From a virus (taxonomy: Duplodnaviria > Heunggongvirae > Uroviricota > Caudoviricetes): DNA of 28,326 nucleotides. How positions within the stretch are numbered: position 1 is the stretch's first letter; the number at the start of each line of letters is the position of its first letter. Below the pieces are notes generated by a model that saw nothing but the letters and a program-made list of their open reading frames with translations, made no database searches and was not told where the DNA came from. Shown here piece by piece: positions 16,190-25,726 of the stretch. The position numbers and the translations under genes were made by a program. The stretch lies in the IMG/VR virus record IMGVR_UViG_2529292734_000016; one strand, 5' to 3'.

Positions 16190-18014
16190 ATTTGAGCTTA
16201 AGGCGTTGATCACCGGTGTCGACAGGCTTTCTCCCGCGCTGTCGAAAATGCAAAAGAAAATCCGGGGATTTAAACGCCAGGCGGAAGAAGCGTCACAGGG
16301 TGGGCTGGCGCTTGGTGGCGGACTGGCAGCGGGTCTGACGCTTTCCCTGAAATCTTATGCCGATCAGGAAAACGCCGCCACCGGGCTGAAAGTCGCCATG
16401 ATGGATGCGAATGGCGAGGTTGGAAAGAGCTTTCAGGACATCAATAAACTGGCTATTGGCCTGGGTAACCAGCTACCCGGTACAACGGCTGATTTCCAGA
16501 ACATGATGCAGATGCTGGTGCGTCAGGGGATCCCGGCAGAAAACATTCTGGGTGGTGTGGGTAAAGCAACAGCTTATCTTGCGGTACAACTGAAAAAAAC
16601 ACCGGAAGCGGCTGCTGAGTTTGCTGCAAAGATGCAGGATGCTACCGGAACGGCGTCAGAAGACATGATGGGGCTGTTCGACACTATCCAGAAGGCGTTT
16701 TATCTGGGCGTTGACGATACCAACATGTTGTCCTTCTTCACTAAAACCAGCTCTGTTCTGAAGATGGTGAACAAGGATGGTCTTCAGGCTGCACAGAGCC
16801 TTGCCCCCATCAGCGTCATGATGGATCAGATGGGGATGAACGGGGAGTCGGCAGGTAATGCCCTGCGAAAAGTTATCCAGTCCGGATTAAGCGTTAAGAA
16901 AATCAGGGACGTTAATAAAGTTATGGCCCGCCAGAAACTCGGGGTACAGCTCGATTTTACTGACGGCAAAGGAAGTTTTGGCGGTCTTGATAACATGTTC
17001 AGGCAACTGGCAAAGCTGCGAAAACTGACCGACGTTAAGCGAACAGGTGTACTTAAGGCAATATTTGGTGATGATGCCGAAACCCTTCAGGTGGTCAATG
17101 CACTAATCGATAAAGGAAAGGATGGCTACGATCAGATCCAGCAGAAGATGAATAAACAGGCCAGCCTGAATAAACGTGTTCAGGCACAGCTTGGTACGCT
17201 GTCCAACCTGTGGGAGGCAATGACAGGGACCGCAACTAACGGCCTTGCGGCTATTGGCGGCGCATTTTCTGGTGACGCTAAAAATATCACACAATGGCTG
17301 GGGGAGTTGGGGGAGAAATTCACGAAGTTTGCGGATGAAAATCCCCGGGTTATTCGCGGCGTCGTCGGGCTTGCTGCCGGTCTTGCGATTCTGAAACTGG
17401 GATTGATGGGCGTGGGCAGTGCCATCAGTATTGTCAGCAGGATTATGTCGATGACGCCGATTGGCATGATTGCGACGGCGATTGCTCTGGCTGCGGGATT
17501 AATTATCACTAACTGGGATGTTGTCGGACCTTATTTCAAGAAGCTCTGGGAAACCATTGGTCCTTATTTTGAGGCAGGTTGGGAACTTCTGAAGAAGGTT
17601 TTTGCCTGGTCGCCGCTTGGGATGGTGATCAATAACTGGGGACCGGTTGTTAAGTGGTTTCAGGATATGTGGGATAAGCTGAAGCCGATTATTGAATGGT
17701 TTACCGACAGTTCCGGTGACACGGTCGATGCCATTAACTCGGCGCAGTGGGGCGCGGGTGCTTATGATGCTTATGGGACGGGAATACCGCCACGGGGATA
17801 CACTCCTTATCCGGTAGTGGATCCGGCTCAGGCAAACAACGCCTCCGATGCCACAGGCTCGAATCCCTTCATGATTAACAAAGCTTCTGTGCCAAAAGTT
17901 GATGGTGAGATCAAGGTATCTTTTGTGAATTCGCCTCCGGGTATGCGGGTTATGGAAACGCGATCCAGCGGTTTTGATGTCAGCCATGATGTTGGCTATA
18001 CGCGGTTCAGGTAG
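16182..18014 (+). CDS. Tail tape measure protein
   Basis: 610-aa protein with a Gly/Ala-rich hydrophobic segment, located after the chaperone pair. Confidence 0.85.
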   Translation: MAEFELKALITGVDRLSPALSKMQKKIRGFKRQAEEASQGGLALGGGLAAGLTLSLKSYADQENAATGLKVAMMDANGEVGKSFQDINKLAIGLGNQLPGTTADFQNMMQMLVRQGIPAENILGGVGKATAYLAVQLKKTPEAAAEFAAKMQDATGTASEDMMGLFDTIQKAFYLGVDDTNMLSFFTKTSSVLKMVNKDGLQAAQSLAPISVMMDQMGMNGESAGNALRKVIQSGLSVKKIRDVNKVMARQKLGVQLDFTDGKGSFGGLDNMFRQLAKLRKLTDVKRTGVLKAIFGDDAETLQVVNALIDKGKDGYDQIQQKMNKQASLNKRVQAQLGTLSNLWEAMTGTATNGLAAIGGAFSGDAKNITQWLGELGEKFTKFADENPRVIRGVVGLAAGLAILKLGLMGVGSAISIVSRIMSMTPIGMIATAIALAAGLIITNWDVVGPYFKKLWETIGPYFEAGWELLKKVFAWSPLGMVINNWGPVVKWFQDMWDKLKPIIEWFTDSSGDTVDAINSAQWGAGAYDAYGTGIPPRGYTPYPVVDPAQANNASDATGSNPFMINKASVPKVDGEIKVSFVNSPPGMRVMETRSSGFDVSHDVGYTRFR

Positions 18015-18113
18015 TGTACAAAATGATTAATGTGTTTTTGTCTGGCATAATTTGGGTTTTCAGCTTTAAGTAGTTAATATAATCATTCCTTACAAATGAT
18101 TGAAGGGATGATT

Positions 18114-18608
18114 ATGCGTATCTTTGTTTTTTTTATATCTGCACTTTTATCTTTTAACTTGGCCGCGGAGGAGTGTAAGTTCAGCTTTAATGAGTCAGAA
18201 TTAATCTCTTCTATAGGTATTGCACCAGTTAAGCAAGAGATAATAAAGGATGAAGGAATAACTAAGCGGCAATATGAATTCAGAAGAGAATTATCTTCTG
18301 AAGAAATGCTTAGTGATGACGCTGATGAAAAATATGAGCCGCAGTTTTATATATCTGTTTATAATCCATCATGCCCACAAAAGGTTATTGTTTGGTTTTT
18401 CAAAGACAATAAAAACACAATGGATTTAAGTAATGAGGTCCTTGCTGGTAGAGCGTTCAAGTATTTAACTGGTGTTAATGAAAGTATTTTTGAAAATAAA
18501 ATGAAAAAGTTTTTAAAGGTACAGTCATTTGAATCTTTTGATGAAAGGACAGATTCTAAATTTATAAAGAGTGGTGATATTTATTCCATTGATGTTCAAC
18601 TCAGATAG
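18114..18608 (+). CDS. Secreted hypothetical protein in an AT-rich moron-like cassette
   Basis: ATG at 18114 with GAAGGGA upstream; Sec-type signal peptide (MRIFVFFISALLSFNLA/AEEC); visibly AT-rich, Lys/Glu/Asn-rich coding region unlike the flanking tail genes. Confidence 0.55.
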   Translation: MRIFVFFISALLSFNLAAEECKFSFNESELISSIGIAPVKQEIIKDEGITKRQYEFRRELSSEEMLSDDADEKYEPQFYISVYNPSCPQKVIVWFFKDNKNTMDLSNEVLAGRAFKYLTGVNESIFENKMKKFLKVQSFESFDERTDSKFIKSGDIYSIDVQLR

Positions 18609-18627
18609 TAATTAAAAATATTAGGTT

Positions 18628-18685
18628 CCCGCCACATCTTCTGCGATGTAAATAACTGACAAAGCAGATTTGGCGGGTTTTTTGT
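18628..18685 (+). terminator. Putative terminator after the secreted-protein cassette
   Basis: CCCGCC ... GGCGGG stem with a long structured loop, followed by TTTTTTT. Confidence 0.35.
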
Positions 18686-18698
18686 ATCCGGAGTTTAT

Positions 18699-20027
18699 AT
18701 GACGTGGAAAGACAGGCTTCAGGATGCGTCATTTCGCGGCGTACCGTTTAAGGTTGAAGAAGAAAGTGCGGGAACCGGTCGCCGTGTGGAAACACATGAA
18801 TACCCGAACCGCGACAAGCCCTATACCGAAGATCTGGGAAAAGTCACTTTCCGCCCGTCCATCACAGCTTATGTGGTGGGAGATGACTGCTTTGACCAGC
18901 GCGATCGCCTGATTGAAGCGCTGAATAAACCCGGTCCCGGCACGCTTGTCCACCCGACATATGGTGAGCTGAAAGTCTGTGTTGACGGGGAAGTTCGGGT
19001 CAGCACATCGAAGAGTGAAGGGCGTATTGTCCGCTTTGACCTGAAGTTTGTCGAAGCAGGAGAACTCTCTTACCCCACATCAGGTGCGGCGACGGCGCAG
19101 ACGCTGATGTCATCCTGTTCTGCACTGGATGACTGCATCAGTGACAGCTTCAGCGGTTTCAGTATCGATGGTGTGGCGGATTTCGTGCAGAACGACGTTA
19201 TCGGTAATGCCAGCATAATGCTGGGGTATGTTTCTGATGCGATGAAAGTGGTGGATTCTGCCGTATCGGATGCCGCCAGGCTGTTGCAGGGGGATATCTC
19301 GGTACTTCTGCCGCCGCCATCGTCAGGCAAAAATTTCGTTGAGCAGGTGCAGAAAATGTGGCGTACCGGGAAACGCCTTTATGGTAACGCCAGCGACCTG
19401 GTCACCATGATCAAAACGCTTTCCGGTGTCAGCCTCGGCAGCGATCTGCAACCGCGCGGCGTCTGGAAAACGGACAGTAAAACCACCGCCACGGCGACGC
19501 AGCAGCGTAACGTGGTTGCCAGCACCCTTCGTACGACCGCAATCAGCGAAGCGGCGTATGCCGTCACCCGATTGCCTGCGCCAACAACTTCCGCGGTGAT
19601 GCAGAATTCCGCAGTGGGGCAGGCAACAACACCTGCGCAGAGCACTGGCTGGCCTTCCGTCACGCATCCGGCACTGAACAATGCACCGGCGGTGAAAAAC
19701 ACAGTTGACCTGCCGACGTGGGAAGAACTGACTGACATTCGCGACACACTGAATACGGCAATTGATAAGGAGTTGTCCCGTACAACCAGTGATGCGCTGT
19801 TTCTGGCGCTGCGCCGGGTGAAAGCAGATCTGAATGCGGATATCAACACGCGCCTTGAACAGTCTGCACGGATCATTCAGCGCACGCCGGATGAGGTTTT
19901 ACCCGCGCTGGTGCTGGCGGCGACCTGGTTTGATAACGCGGCGCGTGATGCGGACATTATCCGGCGTAATGCCATTACGCATCCCGGCTTTGTGCCGGTG
20001 ATCCCTCTGAAGGTGCCAGTGCAATGA
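18699..20027 (+). CDS. DNA circulation protein (Mu gpN-like)
   Basis: N-terminal WKDRLQDASFRGVPF motif and position after the tape measure. Confidence 0.75.
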   Translation: MTWKDRLQDASFRGVPFKVEEESAGTGRRVETHEYPNRDKPYTEDLGKVTFRPSITAYVVGDDCFDQRDRLIEALNKPGPGTLVHPTYGELKVCVDGEVRVSTSKSEGRIVRFDLKFVEAGELSYPTSGAATAQTLMSSCSALDDCISDSFSGFSIDGVADFVQNDVIGNASIMLGYVSDAMKVVDSAVSDAARLLQGDISVLLPPPSSGKNFVEQVQKMWRTGKRLYGNASDLVTMIKTLSGVSLGSDLQPRGVWKTDSKTTATATQQRNVVASTLRTTAISEAAYAVTRLPAPTTSAVMQNSAVGQATTPAQSTGWPSVTHPALNNAPAVKNTVDLPTWEELTDIRDTLNTAIDKELSRTTSDALFLALRRVKADLNADINTRLEQSARIIQRTPDEVLPALVLAATWFDNAARDADIIRRNAITHPGFVPVIPLKVPVQ

Positions 20028-21103
20028 ACGACAATGTCACGCTACGGGTAAATGGCCGGGAGTGGAATGGCTGGACATCGGTGCGCATCGGTGCCGGTAT
20101 TGAACGGCTGGCGCGGGATTTCAGTGTGGAGATCACTCGCCAGTGGCCGGGAGATGAGGGTATCACCACGCTTCAGCCGCGCATTAAAAACGGTTCAAAA
20201 GTGGAGGTGCTGATTGGTGATGAGCTGGTGATCACCGGCTGGGTGGAGGCGACGCCCGTTCGTTACGATGCCCGTTCGGTCAGCACCGGTATTGCCGGAC
20301 GCAGTCTGACCGCTGACCTGATTGACTGTGCAGCCGAACCGACACAGTTTAACGGACGATCGCTGGTACAGATAGCGCAGGCGCTTGCTGCGCCTTTCGG
20401 CATTGAGGTGGTGAACAACGGTGCGCCGTCGGGTGTTATTCCTGACGTCCAGCCCGATCACGGCGAAACGGTGATTGAGGTGATCAACAAAATACTCGGT
20501 CAGCAGCAGGCACTGGCTTACGACGACCCGCACGGCAGGCTGGTGATTGGCGGTATTGGCTCAACGCGGGCACATACCGCGCTGGTACTCGGGGAAAACA
20601 TCCTTTCCTGCGATACGGAGAAGAGTATCCGGGAGCGGTTTTCTGTTTACCAGGTGGCGGGGCAGCGTGCCGGAAACGACGATGATTTCGGTGAGGCCAC
20701 CACCACCGCGCTGCGGGCCCGCACAGAGGACGCATTTATTGCCCGTTACCGTCCGATGTATATCAGGCAGACAGGGCAGGCCACGGGGGCAGGCTGTATT
20801 GCGCGTGCTGACTTTGAAGCCCGACAACGGGCGGCGCGGACGGATGAAACCACCTATGTGGTGCAGGGCTGGCGACAGGGTAACGGTACGCTGTGGCAGC
20901 CCAACCAGCGGGTGATTGTCTTCGATCCGGTCTGTGGTTTCGACAATACCGAACTGCTTGTTTCGGAAGTCACGTTTACTCAGGACCAGAACGGCACCCT
21001 GACGGAAATCCGTGTCGGCCCACCAGATGCTTATCTGCCTGAACCCGAAGCCCCCGGCGCGCGGAAAAAGAAAAAAGCCAGAGTACAGGAGGACCCGTTC
21101 TGA
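20024..21103 (+). CDS. Baseplate hub / tail protein (Mu gpP-like)
   Basis: 359-aa protein in the conserved Mu-like order, with ATGA overlap to the upstream gene. Confidence 0.75.
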   Translation: MNDNVTLRVNGREWNGWTSVRIGAGIERLARDFSVEITRQWPGDEGITTLQPRIKNGSKVEVLIGDELVITGWVEATPVRYDARSVSTGIAGRSLTADLIDCAAEPTQFNGRSLVQIAQALAAPFGIEVVNNGAPSGVIPDVQPDHGETVIEVINKILGQQQALAYDDPHGRLVIGGIGSTRAHTALVLGENILSCDTEKSIRERFSVYQVAGQRAGNDDDFGEATTTALRARTEDAFIARYRPMYIRQTGQATGAGCIARADFEARQRAARTDETTYVVQGWRQGNGTLWQPNQRVIVFDPVCGFDNTELLVSEVTFTQDQNGTLTEIRVGPPDAYLPEPEAPGARKKKKARVQEDPF

Positions 21104-21651
21104 TGAGGACGATTGAAGCCATGCAGCGACAACTCCTCGGCCTGATTGGGCGGGCAGTGGTGAAAAGCATCAGTGCCGCCACGAAATGTCAGACCGTGGA
21201 TGTGTCTCTGATTGCCGGTGAACCCAAAGCCGGGGTTGAACATCTTGAACCCTACGGTTTTACCTCAAGGGCAAACAGCGGTGCGGAAGCGGTGGTGTTG
21301 TTTCCGGATGGCGACCGTTCTCATGCGGTGGTTGTTACGGTGTCGGACCGGCGCTACCGCCTGAAAGGGCTGCAGACGGGTGAGGTGGCTGTCTATGACG
21401 ATCAGGGGCAGTCCGTGACGCTGACCCGGGAGGGGATCGTGGTGGACGGTGCAGGTAAAACGATCACGTTTCGCAATGCACCTGAAGCACGTTTTGAAAT
21501 GGACCTGGAAGTGACAGGACAGGTGAAAGACCTGTGCGACTCCGGCGGCACTACCATGTCAGCGATGCGGCTTGCCTATAACGGGCATCGTCACAGAGAG
21601 AACGGTCAGGGCAGTAACACCGACAAACCTGATAAAGCGATGGAGGCATGA
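21103..21651 (+). CDS. Baseplate assembly protein V / spike (Mu gp45-like)
   Basis: 182-aa protein in the conserved Mu-like baseplate position. Confidence 0.7.
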   Translation: MRTIEAMQRQLLGLIGRAVVKSISAATKCQTVDVSLIAGEPKAGVEHLEPYGFTSRANSGAEAVVLFPDGDRSHAVVVTVSDRRYRLKGLQTGEVAVYDDQGQSVTLTREGIVVDGAGKTITFRNAPEARFEMDLEVTGQVKDLCDSGGTTMSAMRLAYNGHRHRENGQGSNTDKPDKAMEA

Positions 21652-22076
21652 TGGAACTGTGGCTGACGGTGAACGGTAAACGCACCTGCGCCAGCGCACC
21701 GCTGGATCCGCTGATCCGCGCCGTGGTGATTTCCCTGTTTACCTGGCGGCGGGCGGAGCCTGATGACAACGCCGACGTCCCGATGGGATGGTGGGGGGAT
21801 ACCTGGCCTGCGGTACAGAATGACCGTTACGGCTCCCGGCTGTGGCTGCTTCAGCGCAGCAAACTGACCAATCAGCTGGTGCAGACGGTAAGGGGGTATA
21901 TCCGCGAATGCCTGCAATGGATGATTGATGACGGTGTGGTGTCCCGTATTGATCTGGATATCCGCCGCACCGGGATTAATGAACTGGGTAACAGTATCAC
22001 TCTCTGGCGTCGTGACGGACCGGTAATGATTTCTTTTGATGATCTGTGGAGTGCGATAACGCATGGCGGACAGTGA
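21651..22076 (+). CDS. Baseplate wedge protein (Mu gp46-like / GPW-gp25 family)
   Basis: Start chosen at ATG 21651 (GGAGG 4 nt upstream); conserved position before the baseplate J gene. Confidence 0.7.
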   Translation: MELWLTVNGKRTCASAPLDPLIRAVVISLFTWRRAEPDDNADVPMGWWGDTWPAVQNDRYGSRLWLLQRSKLTNQLVQTVRGYIRECLQWMIDDGVVSRIDLDIRRTGINELGNSITLWRRDGPVMISFDDLWSAITHGGQ

Positions 22077-23121
22077 ATTTCAGCGTCCGACGCTGGCAGA
22101 AAATATCAGTATGCTCCGTAACGATTTATTCGCCAGGCTGGACGTCAGCGATACGCTCCGGCGCATGGATGAAGACGTGCGGGCAAAGGTGTATGCGGCG
22201 GCGCTGCATACGGTTTACGGGTACATCGATTATCTGGCAATGAATATGCTGCCTGACCTGTGCGATGAGTCCTGGCTGGCGCGACATGCTGCGATGAAAC
22301 GGTGTCCGCGCAAGGGGGCCACGGCTGCCAGCGGGTATATGCGTTGGGAAGGTGTCAGCGATGGCCTGAAGGTGACCGCCGGGAGTGTTATTCAGCGCGA
22401 TGACCTGGTTCAGTACACGGCAACTGCCGATGCAACCAGCTCCGGTGGTGTCCTGCGCGTGCCGATCGCCTGCTCAAGTGCAGGAGCGGTCGGTAACGCT
22501 GACGACGGTACGTCATTAATCCTGGTCACGCCGGTTAATGGTCTGCCGTCTTCCGGCGTGGCAGATACCCTGACAGGCGGATTTGATACTGAAGAGCTGG
22601 AAACGTGGCGCGCCCGCGTCATTGAGCGGTATTACTGGACGCCGCAGGGCGGGGCTGACGGGGACTATGTCGTCTGGGCTAAAGAAGTGCCCGGCATTAC
22701 CCGCGCATGGACATACCGTCACTGGATGGGAACGGGAACTGTCGGTGTGATGATTGCCGGCAGTGACCTGATTAATCCCATTCCGGAAGAATCAACGGAA
22801 ACGGCGGCAAGACAACACATTGAGCCACTGGCCCCGGTGGCAGGCTCTGATTTGTATGTGTTCAGGCCGGTGGCGCATACGGTGGATTTTCATATCCGCG
22901 TGACGCCGGACACACCGGAAATACGGGCTGCCATCACCGCCGAGTTGCGTTCGTTCCTGCTGCGTGATGGTTATCCGCAGGGAGAACTGAAGGTGTCACG
23001 TATCAGTGAAGCGATTTCCGGTGCGAACGGGGAATACAGCCATCAGTTGCTTGCACCGGTGGACAATATCTCCATTGCGAAAAACGAACTGGCGGTTCTG
23101 GGGACGATTTCATGGACGTGA
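22063..23121 (+). CDS. Baseplate J-like protein (Mu gp47-like)
   Basis: 352-aa protein in the baseplate J position. Confidence 0.8.
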   Translation: MADSEFQRPTLAENISMLRNDLFARLDVSDTLRRMDEDVRAKVYAAALHTVYGYIDYLAMNMLPDLCDESWLARHAAMKRCPRKGATAASGYMRWEGVSDGLKVTAGSVIQRDDLVQYTATADATSSGGVLRVPIACSSAGAVGNADDGTSLILVTPVNGLPSSGVADTLTGGFDTEELETWRARVIERYYWTPQGGADGDYVVWAKEVPGITRAWTYRHWMGTGTVGVMIAGSDLINPIPEESTETAARQHIEPLAPVAGSDLYVFRPVAHTVDFHIRVTPDTPEIRAAITAELRSFLLRDGYPQGELKVSRISEAISGANGEYSHQLLAPVDNISIAKNELAVLGTISWT

Positions 23122-23696
23122 CAAACGATGATTACATCCGTCTGTTGTCGGCACTGCTGCCGCCCGGTCCGGCGTGGTCAGCCAGCGATCCGGCGATTGC
23201 AGGTGCGGCACCGTCATTAACCCGTGTTCATCAGCGTGCGGATGCCCTGATGCGGGAGCTGGATCCGCGCACCACCACCGAACTGATAAACCGCTGGGAG
23301 CGTCTGTGCGGCCTGCCGGATGAATGTATTCCCGCAGGGACACAGACCCTTCGCCAGCGTCAGCAACGGCTGGATGCGAAGGTTAACCTGGCGGGCGGCA
23401 TCAACGAGGATTTTTATCTTGCACAGCTTGCTGCCCTGGGCAGACCAGATGCCACCATCACGCGATACGACAAAAGCACCTTCACCTGCTCATCGGCCTG
23501 TACTGACGCGGTGAATGCGCCGGAATGGCGGTATTACTGGCAGGTCAACATGCCAGCTGCCACCAACACCACCTGGATGACATGTGGTGATCCCTGTGAT
23601 TCCGCACTGCGTATCTGGGGCGACACCGTTGTCGAGTGTGTGCTTAACAAACTCTGCCCTTCGCATACCTACGTAATTTTTAAATATCCGGAGTAA
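23112..23696 (+). CDS. Tail protein, Mu gp48-like (DUF2313 / YmfQ-like)
   Basis: 194-aa protein following baseplate J, with the Cys-rich C-terminal region typical of this family. Confidence 0.75.
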   Translation: MDVTNDDYIRLLSALLPPGPAWSASDPAIAGAAPSLTRVHQRADALMRELDPRTTTELINRWERLCGLPDECIPAGTQTLRQRQQRLDAKVNLAGGINEDFYLAQLAALGRPDATITRYDKSTFTCSSACTDAVNAPEWRYYWQVNMPAATNTTWMTCGDPCDSALRIWGDTVVECVLNKLCPSHTYVIFKYPE

Positions 23697-23699
23697 TCC

Positions 23700-24170
23700 A
23701 TGCATCGTATAGACACGAAAACCGCGCAGAAGGATAAGTTCGGCGCGGGTAAGAACGGTTTTACCCGTGGTAACCCCCAGACCGGCACGCCTGCCACCGA
23801 TCTGGATGATGACTACTTTGACATGTTGCAGGAAGAACTCTGCAGCGTGGTGGAGGCATCCGGTGCCAGCCTGGAGAAGGGGCGGCACGATCAGCTTCTT
23901 ACCGCGCTTCGTGCGCTGCTGTTAAGCCGCAAGAATCCGTTTGGCGATATCAAATCGGATGGCACTGTGCAAACGGCTCTCGAAAACCTGGGAATGACAG
24001 ACATTCTGAATGATAAACAGGATAAAAATGATAATCTGACATCATTGTCGAGCTTAACAGGAATACCGGATGGGCTGGCATTTTTTACAGGTGCCAGAAC
24101 AATGGATATGACAGCGCTGACTCAAAATGGCAGGGAAATTTTAAGTAAAAAAACGTATCGGAAACTCTAA
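23700..24170 (+). CDS. Tail fibre protein, N-terminal baseplate-attachment part (short, possibly truncated by recombination)
   Basis: N-terminus [26 protein letters not shown] resembles side-tail-fibre N-termini; composition turns AT-rich at about 23990 and the ORF stops after 156 aa. Confidence 0.55.
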   Translation: MHRIDTKTAQKDKFGAGKNGFTRGNPQTGTPATDLDDDYFDMLQEELCSVVEASGASLEKGRHDQLLTALRALLLSRKNPFGDIKSDGTVQTALENLGMTDILNDKQDKNDNLTSLSSLTGIPDGLAFFTGARTMDMTALTQNGREILSKKTYRKL

Positions 24171-24205
24171 AATATTTAACACTTGGGGATGGAACAGGAA
24201 GGCTT

Positions 24206-24799
24206 TTGGGGGTTCAGGCATTTGGATCATCTGGGACTTATATCAAATCACCTGATGTAACGAAAATTATAGTGGAAGCCGTTGGCGGAGGTGGTGCCAG
24301 TGGTAATTTGTCGGCAACTGCATCTGGTAACTGTGGTGTAAGTGCTGCCGGTTCCAACGGGGCATATGCTAAAGCATTTTTTTATCAGTCTATACCTGAA
24401 TCCGTGCAAGTAACTATTGGAAGCGGTGGTGTAGCAGGAACAGGACCAGGAGGCTCTGGAGGTGACGGCGGGAATACAAGCTTTGGTGATTTGCTTGTAT
24501 GTCCGGGAGGAAGGGGATCAACTCAAGTTCAGCAGGTACCTCCATTTTCAGGGGGAAGTGCAACAGAAGCACCAATTCCTACAGGGCAAGGGATTCTGTT
24601 CCATTCAGTTTCACGATCAAATTTATGTGGGGCACTTGGACTTGGTGATGATCAGGCGATTGGCGTTGAAAGTATAACCACTACTATGCTTGGGATATAC
24701 GGTATTGGCGGGACAGGTAAATACAATAAGGCGTCATCAGGTCCAGCGACAGGAAATAATGGAAATCAGGGATATATTCTTGTGTGGGAGTATCAGTAA
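24206..24799 (+). CDS. Glycine-rich putative tail-fibre distal / receptor-binding protein
   Basis: TTG start (no in-frame ATG before it; in-frame stop at 24146-24148); Gly/Ser/Ala-rich runs (GGGGASGN, GSGGVAGTGPGGSGGDGGN); AT-rich region. Confidence 0.45.
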   Translation: MGVQAFGSSGTYIKSPDVTKIIVEAVGGGGASGNLSATASGNCGVSAAGSNGAYAKAFFYQSIPESVQVTIGSGGVAGTGPGGSGGDGGNTSFGDLLVCPGGRGSTQVQQVPPFSGGSATEAPIPTGQGILFHSVSRSNLCGALGLGDDQAIGVESITTTMLGIYGIGGTGKYNKASSGPATGNNGNQGYILVWEYQ

Positions 24800-25005
24800 T
24801 GAGCGATATTTATGCAGTCGTACAAAATGGTGTCGTTACAAATCTTGTTGTATGGGATGGTAAGTCAGAGTTTAAGCCAGAAAAAGCGGATATGGTTAAA
24901 TGTGTTGGAGATGTTGGTATTGGCTGGTCATATGACGGTGAAAAATTCATTAAGCCTTCCTTAAAACCAGATGTAGTTACTCCTCAAGATGAGTTAGTCA
25001 GTTAA
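24799..25005 (+). CDS. Small hypothetical protein coupled to the Gly-rich gene (possible fibre accessory protein)
   Basis: TAATG stop/start overlap at 24797-24801; 68-aa product; followed by a terminator. Confidence 0.35.
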   Translation: MSDIYAVVQNGVVTNLVVWDGKSEFKPEKADMVKCVGDVGIGWSYDGEKFIKPSLKPDVVTPQDELVS

Positions 25006-25014
25006 TTGCTAGTA

Positions 25015-25049
25015 CGCTGGAGATTTTGATAATTTCCAGCGCATTTTTC
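25015..25049 (+). terminator. Intrinsic terminator ending the late operon
   Basis: CGCTGGA ... TCCAGCG stem followed by CATTTTTCC. Confidence 0.45.
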
Positions 25050-25416
25050 CTTCTGCAGTAATGGATGAAATACCGCGAGTATAATGTTTTTATGCATATG
25101 AACCGTTTAAACCAGAGGAATCCTGACGAAATTGGTTATTGCGCCGAGAGTTGTCGGAGGGGGTGATATAGGTTATCTAATGGAGTAATCATTTTAACAT
25201 TAATCAGTTTCCCCATGACATCCTCTAAACCCTATATAAACGATTTCCTGCTACTGGCATTCAAACGAAATAATTTGAAAGCAATTTAAAGAGTTATTTG
25301 TCTAATGTTGGAAGCCGCAGCCACGTCGTATGCAAGAACGTGCTGCGGCTGGCTGGCGAACTTTCGATAGTGCGAGTATTGAATGATTTCCAGCCGTTAC
25401 CGATTTTACGTGTTAA

Positions 25417-25665
25417 TTAGTGAACAAACCACTCGTCAGCAGATTCCCAGGTATCTTTCAGAGTCTCCTGAACAAAAGTTTTTGCAGAATCCTTATCTGC
25501 GGTGCGTGTAACAGAAAGGCTATCGTTGCTGGTGGCTTTTACGATCACCTCTACATCGTCATAACGTTTACTGATGCGTCGGGTTAATTCTTCCTTTAAC
25601 GCATCCACAGCACCGGTTGGCATTTTAGTCATTTTTTCTTTGGCTATGCAGATTTCAATACGCAT
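25417..25665 (-). CDS. DinI-like DNA-damage-inducible protein (prophage-encoded)
   Basis: 82-aa product starting MRIE and ending [10 protein letters not shown], a DinI-family signature; GAGGGA RBS; LexA boxes in its upstream region. Confidence 0.8.
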   Translation of the reverse strand: MRIEICIAKEKMTKMPTGAVDALKEELTRRISKRYDDVEVIVKATSNDSLSVTRTADKDSAKTFVQETLKDTWESADEWFVH

Positions 25666-25678
25666 AAAAGTCCCTCTA

Positions 25679-25698
25679 TACTGTGTTTGTATACAGTA
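25679..25698 (-). promoter_or_regulatory. LexA box (SOS operator) 1: TACTGTGTTTGTATACAGTA
   Basis: Exact CTGT-N8-ACAG with consensus flanks, 14 bp upstream of the DinI-like start codon. Confidence 0.7.
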
Positions 25699-25706
25699 TT
25701 ATTTTT

Positions 25707-25726
25707 AACTGTATGGATAAACAGTG
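25707..25726 (-). promoter_or_regulatory. LexA box 2: AACTGTATGGATAAACAGTG
   Basis: Second CTGT-N8-ACAG palindrome 8 bp from box 1, abutting the integrase stop codon. Confidence 0.6.

Noticed and set aside
24462-24677. Plus-strand 71-aa ORF within the glycine-rich gene
   Set aside because: Internal alternative frame without an RBS.
23700-25416. Invertible tail-fibre host-range segment (Gin/Pin-type shufflon)
   Set aside because: No serine invertase gene and no inverted duplicate of a fibre C-terminus are present in the window.
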